Notes: generated by a model from the sequence alone, not told the origin. DNA of 64,000 nucleotides from a virus (IMGVR_UViG_2894097338_000001:32001-96000); one strand, 5' to 3'; positions 42,151-52,431 are shown, numbered from the stretch's first letter. A program made the numbers and translations.

Positions 42151-43131
42151 CTACCTAAACTCTTTTACTAATGCTAGTACCTTCTCTTCTTGTGAGGCAG
42201 TCATTTTACTCAAGCTCTTAACTCCCAGGTCTTCTTTAATTGTTTTAAGAAGTCGAGCGCGATCCTCGTCTCTGCCTTCACTTTTTAGAAATACTGACAA
42301 TTCAGCAACCTTCGTTTTTGCATCTTTTTCTTCTTCTGCAGCTTCTTCTCTGTATGCCTCCTGTGATCTTTCTGATCCTTTGGCAAACGATGTCCCCAAG
42401 GTCTCTTTACCCTTCATTTTCTTCGTACGCTTGTCCCACATGCTAAATTTAGGGTTCTCGATCACGTCGCCAGCTTTGTACACTTTTGTACGGTCTTTGC
42501 CAACTTTTGCAAAGTATTTAGTGTCTTCGCCTTCTCCTTCTTTGAAAAGAGTTAATACGATATCGTAATCATATTCGGCTTCTTTTTTCATATTTGGTTT
42601 CGTTCCAATTACTTCATAAGTTCCAGCCTTTTTATCGAATTTCTTAATATCATTCTCTTGTGCAATTGAAATAATGTTAATACCAGCTCCAGATGCGTCA
42701 ATTTTAAAGTTTTGTAATCGCTCTGCAATTTGACCAATTTTTCCATATGAGCGAATGCTTAAGTTACTATCCAGCGGATCTCCGCCTTTTTTAACAGCTT
42801 TTCGCTCTTCCACCGTCATAATGGCTTGGTTGATATCGCCATAGAATTTCGATTCTGAGTCAATGATAATTGATTCGATACCATATTCCTCTTGGTTTTC
42901 CATAATGTCGTCGATGGCCTCTTCTAGCTCGTTGTATGACTGAGTATTAGCGACAAGCATAATGTTTTTTCCTTCTGGCTCATCTTCATATAGAGCAATT
43001 CCAGCCTCACTATCAAGCACGGCAGACTTTGGTGCAGTAAGTCCAAAAATGGACTTACCAACACCAGTTTTACCAATTACTAAAATTTTCAATCCTATAC
43101 GTTTACTTCCTGGTTTTCTAAATAATGTCAA
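42151..43131 (-). CDS. AAA ATPase / Sak4-like annealing protein (YorG-like)
   Basis: GKTGVGKS, IIIDS and YDYDIV...KDRT. Confidence 0.75.
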   Translation of the reverse strand: MTLFRKPGSKRIGLKILVIGKTGVGKSIFGLTAPKSAVLDSEAGIALYEDEPEGKNIMLVANTQSYNELEEAIDDIMENQEEYGIESIIIDSESKFYGDINQAIMTVEERKAVKKGGDPLDSNLSIRSYGKIGQIAERLQNFKIDASGAGINIISIAQENDIKKFDKKAGTYEVIGTKPNMKKEAEYDYDIVLTLFKEGEGEDTKYFAKVGKDRTKVYKAGDVIENPKFSMWDKRTKKMKGKETLGTSFAKGSERSQEAYREEAAEEEKDAKTKVAELSVFLKSEGRDEDRARLLKTIKEDLGVKSLSKMTASQEEKVLALVKEFR

Positions 43132-43176
43132 TGTTATACTCTCCTTTTAATTTGTATTCAATTCTTATGGTTCTTT

Positions 43177-44451
43177 TTAAGAAAAAATATCCTCATCGTC
43201 GAATAAGTCGTCTAGACCGTCTCCGTCGTCATCGTCTTCTGTTTTCTCTTCTTTCTTACTAGAAGATTTCTCTTCTTTTTTATCAGAGTTGTCAAAGTCT
43301 TCGTCGTCTAAGTCGATTTCGCCTTCGTCATCTAACTCCTCCTCAAGATCTGGTCTAATTAATGCAGCTGGCGCATATTTTTCATCATCAATTGCCAATA
43401 CTTTACCTTTTTCTCCGTCAGATTTTTTAAATCCTGGTTTAACAAAGATAACTTCACTTACTTTGTCGCCTCGAATAGTAACGTCCTGCATTACTTCTTC
43501 TTCTGTCATGATTCCACAATCGATCAATTCTTGCATTTCTGGTGTAATTTCAACCTCTCCAGATGATTCTTCATATCCTTCATTAAGCTTCATAACAAGT
43601 GAAATTTCGCGAACAGTGTCCTTTTTAACAAAGAATAACTTTTTATACAAAGCCATTAACTTAGGAAGTTTTTCTTCGCTAATTTTCTCTGGTAGCTGAA
43701 CTTTAAATCGTCGTGGGAAAGCCCATGTCTCTTTAACTTCTACATATTCCCCATTAATGTTTACGGTACTAACATACTCTGGAACAAAGGCATTAACCAT
43801 TACGCTTCCGTTCTTTTCTAACTCTTTAGCCCAGCCTTTTTCTAATGAGTAGTCATTTAAAAGATAAGTTTGTCGCAATGTAGCTTCATGTGGTCGAGCT
43901 GGAATATCTACGCCGTTTCTCTTGCGCGGCTCGTTTAAGTAGATTGAGCGAATTTTGTAATTTGTATACTGTTTTTCTTCCCATTCAGAATACTCAACAT
44001 CTGCTTGAACAATGATTTCCATTCCATTTTCAAGGTTTTCTTTAAGATATTCTTCAAGATCAATTTCACTTAAGAACTCTTTTTTGATAACTTTTCCGTT
44101 TTCGTCTTTTTCAATTGCTGCTGTTAATTTACGGTTTTGAGATACTGTTTCAATGATTTCCTCATTAAAACGATCTTCCCAGTCAATCTGCATTGGTTTA
44201 AAGTCAGTGTCTAATAAATAAAGAATGGGTCTGTCAGTTTTGTATCCACCATCAATTTGTACATAGTTAATGTTTCCTTCGCCACTAGCTACGCCAAATG
44301 AACTTCTTACATGTTTCCATGTCTTTCCTTCTTTTTGCTGCGCACCAGGGAATGTGTCTTTTCCTACGATGGCTTTACCAACTAGTCGTACAGAAGCGAT
44401 TCCTCCCTTTAATTCATTCAATAATTCTTTCTTTGCTGTTTTTCGTGCCAT
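43177..44451 (-). CDS. Putative ssDNA-binding protein (YorF-like)
   Basis: Very acidic C-terminus ending DDEDIFS, adjacent to the AAA ATPase gene. Confidence 0.65.
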   Translation of the reverse strand: MARKTAKKELLNELKGGIASVRLVGKAIVGKDTFPGAQQKEGKTWKHVRSSFGVASGEGNINYVQIDGGYKTDRPILYLLDTDFKPMQIDWEDRFNEEIIETVSQNRKLTAAIEKDENGKVIKKEFLSEIDLEEYLKENLENGMEIIVQADVEYSEWEEKQYTNYKIRSIYLNEPRKRNGVDIPARPHEATLRQTYLLNDYSLEKGWAKELEKNGSVMVNAFVPEYVSTVNINGEYVEVKETWAFPRRFKVQLPEKISEEKLPKLMALYKKLFFVKKDTVREISLVMKLNEGYEESSGEVEITPEMQELIDCGIMTEEEVMQDVTIRGDKVSEVIFVKPGFKKSDGEKGKVLAIDDEKYAPAALIRPDLEEELDDEGEIDLDDEDFDNSDKKEEKSSSKKEEKTEDDDDGDGLDDLFDDEDIFS

Positions 44452-45075
44452 TTACATTTCTCCCTCTCTATTTGTCTCTGTGTATTTTAAAATTCCAACT
44501 TCTTTTTTCCCAAGTAAATCATAGCCAATGGTGCATAGATTTTCATCCAGAGAATCGTCGCGTTTAATACATCTGTCTTCAATTTCAATTCCTACAATTT
44601 TTCTTAAAGCAAAACCAATCTCTTCGCCAGTTGCTAATTCACTATTAAACAAGATTGTCTCGATCAAACCTGCCTCACTCACTATCTGAAAGGCCTTAGA
44701 GCAAACTTCTACGATGAATGGTTTTTCAAGAACGTCATCATCTAAGATGGCCTCAGTTTCTTCATTCGCAAAGTCATCTTGACTTTCGTCTATTAAAACG
44801 GCTTCTAAATCGTCCTCTCTCAACTCTTCTGATAGATCCTCGGAATTATCGTCTAAGGTATTTTTAAATATCTCGTATTGCATAATCTCAACATCTTCTC
44901 TTGACGCTAGCCCTCTTCCAACAATTAATGTGACAAAATCCCCAAATCTATCGGCAATTTCGTCATCTGTTAGATTCTTGCCTCCAAGGATTATTTCAGC
45001 ACCTGCCCTGTTTTTATCAGACATTAAGTCTTCTAAATCAATGGCTAAATCCATTCTTAAAACATATTTCCCCAT
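44452..45075 (-). CDS. Acidic hypothetical protein
   Basis: GGAGG RBS; D/E-rich. Confidence 0.6.
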   Translation of the reverse strand: MGKYVLRMDLAIDLEDLMSDKNRAGAEIILGGKNLTDDEIADRFGDFVTLIVGRGLASREDVEIMQYEIFKNTLDDNSEDLSEELREDDLEAVLIDESQDDFANEETEAILDDDVLEKPFIVEVCSKAFQIVSEAGLIETILFNSELATGEEIGFALRKIVGIEIEDRCIKRDDSLDENLCTIGYDLLGKKEVGILKYTETNREGEM

Positions 45076-45097
45076 ATTAAAACCTCCTACATAATTA

Positions 45098-45769
45098 TTA
45101 AGATAAAATCCTTACATTTACTGGTCTGCTTCCAAATTGAATAGCTTCTTCATAAGACATGTTAAGGTCAATTCGATTACCTACGATGTCTCCACCAGTA
45201 TCGGCTGCCACGGCAATTCCGTAACCCTCAATCTCCAACATTGTTCCTAATGGGATGAAATTTGGATCTACTGCCACAACTCGATCACCAGTGCTATTGA
45301 TAACTACTCCAGATGCCGTAACTCCACCAAGGCTTACTCCGTCATACGCTGTTGCTGACATTACATGAGTTACTTCTCCAGATCGTGCAAACTGCTTTTC
45401 TGGTTCTTGTTGTAAAATATTATGGCTCTCTTCGTGATTTTGAACAGGCTGCTCTTCTACCTGTTCGGCTTGAGTATCAACTTCTACATTTTCTACAACT
45501 TCTTTTTCAACAGACTCGTCAGCTTTCTTAGCATCTTTTTTTGCTTTTTCAAGTTCCTTTTGAGCTGCCTCAACTTCTTTAACCAAAGCTGTTTTCTCTT
45601 TTACTTCTTTGTTCAACTTTAATTCAAGCTGTTCATAATCCGCCTTTGCAGTATCTAATTTTGTTTGATTAGTAACTGATCCACTTAATCTTCCAGCAAG
45701 AATTGCTAATAACAATAGCGTAACTCCTCCGAATAATTTTGTTCTCTTCATTAATTTTTTGTTAGTCAT
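45098..45769 (-). CDS. Secreted coiled-coil + 3D-domain protein (lytic transglycosylase-like)
   Basis: Signal/TM segment, SATAY, VAVDPNFIPLGT and AADTGGDIVGNRIDL. Confidence 0.88.
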   Translation of the reverse strand: MTNKKLMKRTKLFGGVTLLLLAILAGRLSGSVTNQTKLDTAKADYEQLELKLNKEVKEKTALVKEVEAAQKELEKAKKDAKKADESVEKEVVENVEVDTQAEQVEEQPVQNHEESHNILQQEPEKQFARSGEVTHVMSATAYDGVSLGGVTASGVVINSTGDRVVAVDPNFIPLGTMLEIEGYGIAVAADTGGDIVGNRIDLNMSYEEAIQFGSRPVNVRILS

Positions 45770-45841
45770 AATTGACTCCTCTCTCTTGTTTTTATTTGCC
45801 CTGTCTAGGGACAACAGTACACGCTCTCTTCTACTTTTATA

Positions 45842-45881
45842 ATACTACCATCGGTTTTATTGGTTGTCAATACTTATGCTA
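45842..45881 (-). promoter_or_regulatory. Promoter of the replication operon, with the 19-bp element at -35
   Basis: TAGCATAAGTA-TTGACA-17-TAGTAT with extended TG. Confidence 0.7.
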
Positions 45882-46608
45882 ATGTTTTTCAACATAATAT
45901 CTACATCAATTTCTGCCTCCCTTAAAAGTTCATTAATTAATATGCGAAAATGATTTTTGTACTCTTCGTTTAAACCACTAGAATGAAGATCTCTATACAA
46001 TGTTGTATAAGCTCTTGTTATCTCCATGTGAAGATCGCTATCGTATGATAGGTTGGCCGATAAAACAAGCCGTGATATGCCATCTTCTAACTCCCTAACC
46101 CTTCTATCAAACTCGTTATACTCTTCAATATTAGTCATTGTATTTAATTCGCCTCCATTTCTATTGATAAGATTAATAATACAATATTGCCAATAATTAG
46201 AGGATCTTTTATCTGCTCTCTAATAATATCAAAAGCCTTATCCACGCCAAATACTCTCTTCGCGTTATACATACTTATGCTTAAGTCTTTAAAAATAAGC
46301 GCACTAATATTACAATACATAATATCCTGCATTTTCTTTCTAGCTGATTCAGATATTTCCTCCTGGATCTCTTCTACGACTGATCTAAGCTTATCCTCGT
46401 CGAGATATTCAGTTAAGGCAATCTCTTTTACTTTTGACTCTATTTCTCCTATTGGGGTATCAGCATCTATAACCGACTTAAACCTTGAATACTCCTTCTT
46501 TACCAACTCTTCTAGTCTATGATTTCCAAGAATTTCAATACTTTTATGATTCATTTTTTTAAACCTAACCTTTCCCTTTTCAGTTATATGGCTACAGTGA
46601 TTATTCAC
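45857..46608 (-). CDS. Two hypothetical genes (45857-46138; 46144-46608) ending the recombinase operon
   Basis: Closely packed after the MrpR-like gene. Confidence 0.55.
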
Positions 46609-47866
46609 CTGTAGCCGCCTTGTATTCTTTTCCTAAACGATTAACTAATTGTCTATTAGATGGTAATTTTTTTTCTTCAATATAGTCCCCAGTCTTATTC
46701 CATTCTCCAAACTTCATAAGAGTTTTTCTAATAGCGTCATACCTATCCATCCCACTCGCTATATATTTTTTAATACTATTAATTTTTCCACTTTTAGCTA
46801 CTAATGATATTGTCAAATCTTTTTCATATCCAAGAGATTCTGCAAGAGATCTAATGTTTAGCATTCTGTCATATGCACCTCGGTATGTAATAGCTCGTTC
46901 ATCCTCTTTTGAGTCGCTGTTGTAAGCAATTTTAACGTCTATAGGCTTTAATACATATGGACTTTCTAGGTATGGTACTATTGAGATTGTCCCATTAAAC
47001 GGCTTGTACGCTTTTGTTTGAGAGGCAGCTAATAAAATTAATTTTCTAGTATCGCTATCAATAGCAATCTCTCTATCAACACCATCTTCATGGTCTCTGA
47101 TAACAATTCTATCTTTTTTTATATCACTAATCTTTAATCTGCGCAATTCGTCATCTTTTGGAGCCTCAGCTAATTTTACACCTTCGAAAATTAAAATAGG
47201 TATAATTGCATTTTGAGGAGTTGGAGACTGTTTAAATAAAGATAATAAATCCTCTCTTGTTACCAATGTATTTTCGTTTTCATCATGTCTACCACCTAAA
47301 ATATCGGCAAACTTGTTCTTTTTAAGATAAGCATTCCAGCTAGTATCTTCGTCATTTCGAACAATAATTCCTTTCCAAAATTTTTCATATTTTGAAAAAA
47401 GATTTAGTCTAAGCTTCATTTTATAATACATTTGGTCTACAAAAAGTGAAACGATTGTCTCCTCAATTTCTTCTTTTGTAAATAAAATAATACCTTTTTT
47501 AAATTCTTTTTCAATAGCCTCAACTTCTTTAAAAATGGCAACAGCTCTTTTAATAGCACTGTCTAACTCCCACTCTTTGCTCAATTCAAATAGGAATAAT
47601 TTTTTTAGCATATCGCTATATCCAAAAACCAAGTCCATTTTATTACCTTCTGAATCTTCTATTTCACCCACAAGGCAGTCATCACATCCGCGAGTGTAAA
47701 GTGTACCAACGATTTCCTTTAATTTACCAATCGAAACGATGTCAACTAAGTTTTCTCCATTAACTGCTTTTTCGTACACCTTCTTAGATAATTTTGTTTT
47801 TAAAAAATCTGCAAAATCACTTTTCCCAGCGATCGCACCGTCTTTCACTTTTATCTCGATAATCAT
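46601..47866 (-). CDS. Catalytically dead tyrosine-recombinase-fold protein, MrpR/YopR-like repressor candidate
   Basis: ILIFEGV...DELRRLKISDI, REIAID, ESPYVLK and SLVAKSGKI resemble an integrase fold that lacks the catalytic R and HxxR. It is co-transcribed with an integrase-like gene, as in SPbeta. Confidence 0.7.
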   Translation of the reverse strand: MIIEIKVKDGAIAGKSDFADFLKTKLSKKVYEKAVNGENLVDIVSIGKLKEIVGTLYTRGCDDCLVGEIEDSEGNKMDLVFGYSDMLKKLFLFELSKEWELDSAIKRAVAIFKEVEAIEKEFKKGIILFTKEEIEETIVSLFVDQMYYKMKLRLNLFSKYEKFWKGIIVRNDEDTSWNAYLKKNKFADILGGRHDENENTLVTREDLLSLFKQSPTPQNAIIPILIFEGVKLAEAPKDDELRRLKISDIKKDRIVIRDHEDGVDREIAIDSDTRKLILLAASQTKAYKPFNGTISIVPYLESPYVLKPIDVKIAYNSDSKEDERAITYRGAYDRMLNIRSLAESLGYEKDLTISLVAKSGKINSIKKYIASGMDRYDAIRKTLMKFGEWNKTGDYIEEKKLPSNRQLVNRLGKEYKAATGE

Positions 47867-47891
47867 TATTCCATACCTCCTGTTTTTTAAT

Positions 47892-48254
47892 CTATCTGTA
47901 ACCCTTAAAATTGTCGTGTTTTATTATATATTCTAAACATTGATTTAGTGTAAAAAATACATCCTGCTTATGATAGCCGCCTCTCAGCTTCTCATTGTTG
48001 TCATGATTGGAAAAGTTAGAGTGCTTAAGTGTGACAACCTTGTTATCATGTTCTATATACCAGTAACCAAATGAAGTTTTTATAACTATGCATTGAGATC
48101 CATCTTTAATTGAGAAGTCCTTGATATTGTTTCTATCAAGAACCTCCTTGACATACTTTTCACTCCAGTTACTTATTCCATGAGAGTTCTTTCTTATGTG
48201 AACCTCTCTCTTCTTTATGCGTTCTTTTCTAATCTGACTATTGGTTTTTCTCAT
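47892..48254 (-). CDS. Basic hypothetical protein
   Basis: ATGA overlap with the recombinase gene. Confidence 0.6.
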   Translation of the reverse strand: MRKTNSQIRKERIKKREVHIRKNSHGISNWSEKYVKEVLDRNNIKDFSIKDGSQCIVIKTSFGYWYIEHDNKVVTLKHSNFSNHDNNEKLRGGYHKQDVFFTLNQCLEYIIKHDNFKGYR

Positions 48255-49339
48255 TGTTCTACGATTAACCCTTCCGCGTAGTGTCTATTCTCTGCTTCTC
48301 TAGCTATAGCCATCGCCATAGCGTCATCACCTTTTATGATAGATATAAGCTGTTCTTTTGAAAGATCTTCCAGCTTATCCTTATCTACATCCAATGAAAG
48401 AACATATCCACCTTGCTTTGTTCTATCGTCTCCAAGTCTAATATATTTAAGTGTTGTCTTTGGATCTTCATGATCTAGGAACTCCATTGTTCTAACTAAA
48501 TCTTGTGTTCTGTTGTAATATTCTGTACCAGCACCAACTTTGATCGAGTGAGGAACGTATTCTTTTCCAACAAGTTCTCCATATTCGCTAGTCAATCTTG
48601 AAAACATTTGACTACTTATATCTTTAAATACTGGCTCGGTTCTATCTCCGTGGTAAAACTCTTTGTAGATTCTGTCATATAATGAAGATGGTATAGCTTT
48701 CTTGTTAACCTTATTACCTTTATCAAGAATATATGCATTCCATCCAAAATTATGATAAGAATCTCCTTCCCATACAATGTCTGCCCATCTTACTTTTTTA
48801 AACACCGCTGTTAATCGCGACGCTGTCTTAAACATAAACTCGGCTGCTAGAGCATACTTATTACCAAGATCTGCATTTCTGCCTGTAAAACGTTCTTCTT
48901 TAAGCCATTCAATAAATTCATAAAACTCACTAGCTCCAAGCTTAGCTCTGGATACTGTATCATCTGAAATGTTTCTTGTCTCTAAGCATGAGATCTTTAT
49001 ATAAGACAAGTCTATTAACTGACTAAAATCTTTAAATCTCTCCATGTGCGTTACGAATGATCTAATAACACGAATGTAGTATTTAATTGTACTGTTTTGT
49101 AACCCTTGTCTTTGTAGCGGTTCGATAAAATTGTTTCTTACATCAGATGGCTTTAAATTCATCCAATGTGCTTCGTTCATTTCTGGTAGTGCACTGATCT
49201 TGAATGTCATTTTTGCGAATGTATCAAGTGATTTAAAGTAACTAACTTTTGAATTGTCGCTTTCCATTCTATTCAACCAGTCTGTAACTACGGCGTTTAA
49301 TTCCATCTTTGTTTCTTCCATTGTTTTGACACGTCCCAT
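48251..49339 (-). CDS. Tyrosine recombinase (YopP-like)
   Basis: SAM-like N-terminus. Catalytic positions TASR, DKGNK, PHSIK (K in place of R), LDHED and TLKY. Confidence 0.85.
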   Translation of the reverse strand: MGRVKTMEETKMELNAVVTDWLNRMESDNSKVSYFKSLDTFAKMTFKISALPEMNEAHWMNLKPSDVRNNFIEPLQRQGLQNSTIKYYIRVIRSFVTHMERFKDFSQLIDLSYIKISCLETRNISDDTVSRAKLGASEFYEFIEWLKEERFTGRNADLGNKYALAAEFMFKTASRLTAVFKKVRWADIVWEGDSYHNFGWNAYILDKGNKVNKKAIPSSLYDRIYKEFYHGDRTEPVFKDISSQMFSRLTSEYGELVGKEYVPHSIKVGAGTEYYNRTQDLVRTMEFLDHEDPKTTLKYIRLGDDRTKQGGYVLSLDVDKDKLEDLSKEQLISIIKGDDAMAMAIAREAENRHYAEGLIVEQ

Positions 49340-49379
49340 CTTATAGTTATTATCCGTTACTTCCTTACTGATTGACTTA

Positions 49380-49408
49380 AGTATACATTCATTTCACCTT
49401 GTTGTCAA
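49380..49408 (-). promoter_or_regulatory. SigA promoter of the recombinase/repressor operon
   Basis: TTGACA-17-TATACT. It lacks the CCATAAGTA half of the 19-bp element. Confidence 0.75.
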
Positions 49409-49604
49409 CACGCTCGCCACACTTTTTTAAATAAATATGCCCCTCCTCAAACAAACGTCTTTAAATCAACGTTGTCATAAGTAATATGCGCCCAAAAATA
49501 ATACAACACTTATTACTTACCCCTCCTTTAGGTGATTATTTAATATTTATATTCACCCCTTTTAGCATATTAAATTGATATATAAAATGACTGTTTTATA
49601 AATT

Positions 49605-50138
49605 CTATTGTGCTCTTTCAATTTCCACAATTCTTTCGATTTCCTTAATCGTCGTCTGCATGTCTCCAAAGCTATTTGCTACAACATAATCATAATCTAC
49701 CATTGTTCTTAGATCATAATCATAGTTTAACATTCTGCCATCAATATTGTCTTCCTTCCTGTTTTTCAGCATTTTTACAATATCGTCCTTCTTCGTATGG
49801 ATAAAAATTCCAACAACTCTGCTGCCATAACATTTTTTAAAATCAATATATCCTTGATGAGTTAATATTACATATGCGCATCCATTCGACGTTTTCAGAG
49901 AAACTTCATCAACTTCTGTCCCATAGTAATTATTGTACTTTGTGTCATACTCTACAAAATCTCTAGATAGAAATTCGTCCTTATCTAAAAAATAGTAGTC
50001 AATTCCGTCAACCTCTCCATCCCTCTTATCTCTTGTGGTACTCGTTACTATTCTATCTCCAATATTATTAACCATACTAAGCACTGACGTCTTTCCACTT
50101 CCGCTAGATCCAGATATAACAAAAATTGAATCTTTCAT
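49605..50138 (-). CDS. gmk: Guanylate kinase
   Basis: GSSGSGKT, TTRDKRDGEVDGIDYYF and NYYGT. Confidence 0.88.
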   Translation of the reverse strand: MKDSIFVISGSSGSGKTSVLSMVNNIGDRIVTSTTRDKRDGEVDGIDYYFLDKDEFLSRDFVEYDTKYNNYYGTEVDEVSLKTSNGCAYVILTHQGYIDFKKCYGSRVVGIFIHTKKDDIVKMLKNRKEDNIDGRMLNYDYDLRTMVDYDYVVANSFGDMQTTIKEIERIVEIERAQ

Positions 50139-50353
50139 AAATCTATTTACACCTCCATTAATAACAAGTTAACTATCGATTTAATAAGCTTGTCTCTTAC
50201 TATAATTAATTCATTAAATTAATCATTATCTTCTCATTTTTCTATACTCTTTATTGTGTCCAATAAAATAATGGACGCAAATTTTATATTCTCAATTATG
50301 CTAAATAGAAAATTAGTGATAAACATTCATTAATGTTATATAAACTTATGGTT

Positions 50354-50755
50354 CTAATAAGGAAGACCTAATGTATACATCAGCCCCCGAACCATAGCTC
50401 CTTGCTTAGTTTTTTCTAGAGTTCCAATTCTGTGATGAAAGTTATCTTTATCTACTGATTGAATGTTACCTGCATGAATTACTGACTTAGAGTGAAGTCC
50501 ATTCTCTTTACTTACATCTACCACCACATCATTTCTATACTGCTTCTTTAGGTGTTTGTGTTTAATAGAGGTAACTGGTGCTACCAATACTTGACTCGCT
50601 TTGATATTCTCGTGATCAGAAGATAGTACAACACCTGGTCTGACACCACCTTTTACATGATTTCTGTACTCGCCAAAATCAATTAGATAAATATCTCCCT
50701 GCTTAATTTTTAAATATGTTGCTTTTTCTTTGCTGTTACTTTTAGACTTTTTCAT
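50354..50755 (-). CDS. PemK/MazF family toxin (copy 2)
   Basis: QGDIYLIDF, GGVRPGVVLS, LVAPVTS and NGLHSKS. Confidence 0.85.
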   Translation of the reverse strand: MKKSKSNSKEKATYLKIKQGDIYLIDFGEYRNHVKGGVRPGVVLSSDHENIKASQVLVAPVTSIKHKHLKKQYRNDVVVDVSKENGLHSKSVIHAGNIQSVDKDNFHHRIGTLEKTKQGAMVRGLMYTLGLPY

Positions 50756-50759
50756 TAAA

Positions 50760-51371
50760 TTATCCCATTTCCTTTTTATATTTTTTAGTATATACTTCTG
50801 TTATATTTTTCCATCCGCCAAAGTTCGCATTAATGTACGATAGAGACGGAGTTTTTTCTTTGCTTCTGCGAGCATTGTAATCAACGCTATTAATTATGTT
50901 ATTTGATTCGATGTAGCTCAATAAAAAATCTAACTGCTCCTCTTTGGATAGATCCTTAAACTCTGATGAAACATATCTATCCCTTCTCGCTGTAGACGCC
51001 TGCTTATTTATAGAATTTCCTTCGTCAACAATATTCAACACTCTATACCATCCATCTACGGTCAGTCCAGTTCTTATAACCTTGTTTTTAAAATACTCAA
51101 ACTTTTGATCCTGCGTCATTTGAGAGAATCCATCTTCTATATACTCTAAATCCTTCTGTAGAGCCATTCCATCATACTTTAACCCTATTAATTGCATCAC
51201 CTGCGACCAAGTTAAATCTGTTCTAGATAAAACGGTAGATGAAGCTGGTGATGCATCTTTATCCCTTAAGTTATTATAGTCAGTTTTCGAAGGACTTTCG
51301 TTGAGATTAAGCCTATATATCTCGTCTCTTAAGGATTTTAGCATTCTGTAATTATCTTCTAGTATATTCAT
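50760..51371 (-). CDS. Protein with two helical repeats (YN...P...W), upstream of mazF-2
   Basis: DYNNLRDKDASPASSTVLSRTDLTW and DYNARRSKEKTPSLSYINANFGGW. Confidence 0.55.
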   Translation of the reverse strand: MNILEDNYRMLKSLRDEIYRLNLNESPSKTDYNNLRDKDASPASSTVLSRTDLTWSQVMQLIGLKYDGMALQKDLEYIEDGFSQMTQDQKFEYFKNKVIRTGLTVDGWYRVLNIVDEGNSINKQASTARRDRYVSSEFKDLSKEEQLDFLLSYIESNNIINSVDYNARRSKEKTPSLSYINANFGGWKNITEVYTKKYKKEMG

Positions 51372-51545
51372 GTAGTATATCTCCCTTATCAAATTTCAAT
51401 GTAATTCATCGTTTGTATATTGACATGCAAACGATGTATATTATCAAAAAAATATTCTATTTTACCTGGTGTAATACAATTATACATATGTAATCATTAT
51501 TACACCAGAGTCTAATAGGGGGGGGTACCCCATTTTTGAAAATAT

Positions 51546-52346
51546 CTAGATTTGATTTTTAGATTGGATCTTCCACGAATCGATAGCCTTTGAGACTCTT
51601 TGAAATTTCCCTTTTGCCGAATCTAATAGAGCGCTCTTTTCCTTAAGAGTTCCGTCTAATTCCCAGTCTTCGTAAACATGTCCGCCAAATCTTAAATACT
51701 CTCCAAGTACAGACCATTCATCTGCAGTAATGTCATTCTTCATACTAATTCACCCGATCCTTTTCCTTTTCAACTGGAATCCATTCTGGCCAAGAATCAG
51801 ATATTACCGTAAACTCTGCGCCCTCACAAACCCAATGGTTCCAATTGCCATGCTTGTCTACGCATAATACTGAGTGCTGTTTTAATTTTGTATAAAACAA
51901 TCTCTCTCCTAGACCAGCATCCTCTTCTGGTTTCGTAAAGTCTTCTACGTCAAAGACCTTCCACCATTCATTATTAACAAATATAAATTTCTTATTCTTC
52001 ATTTCCATATCTCCACTTCTTATTGCTAAATACATAATATCATCGTTTTGATAAGTTGTAAATACTTATGGCTCAATTATTAAAAAATAAATACAAAACG
52101 TTGATACTATCTACTTTTCCACTTTCTATTGGTTCTTTTTACAAACTCTTCCCTTGTTCCTATTTCAGTAAATTCACTTTCAAAAACATAAAATTGCTTT
52201 CCATTTCCTTCTGGAGTAAATAGGTATTTAGGTGGGAATGTAGGATATATAATATCCTTAACAATAGTGCCTACAACATTAGTACCGACGATTCTAACTT
52301 TAGTTCTGTAGCCAACTGAATCCTGTGTTAAAACTAACTTTCTCAT
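51546..52346 (-). CDS. Three small hypothetical genes
   Basis: ORF track and RBSs. Confidence 0.5.
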
Positions 52347-52431
52347 ATAAACCTCCTTCTCATTTAATACAAAAATATAAAAATTGTTATGTTATAATGA
52401 ACACAAATAACTAATTGGAGTTGAATAATCA

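Noticed and set aside
46264-46282. Extra 19-bp element copy gttatacatacttatgctt
   Set aside because: It is inside a coding region with four mismatches, so it was not counted.
49340-52400. Arbitrium aimR-aimP locus
   Set aside because: No TPR/HTH receptor and no signal-peptide pro-peptide gene is visible here.
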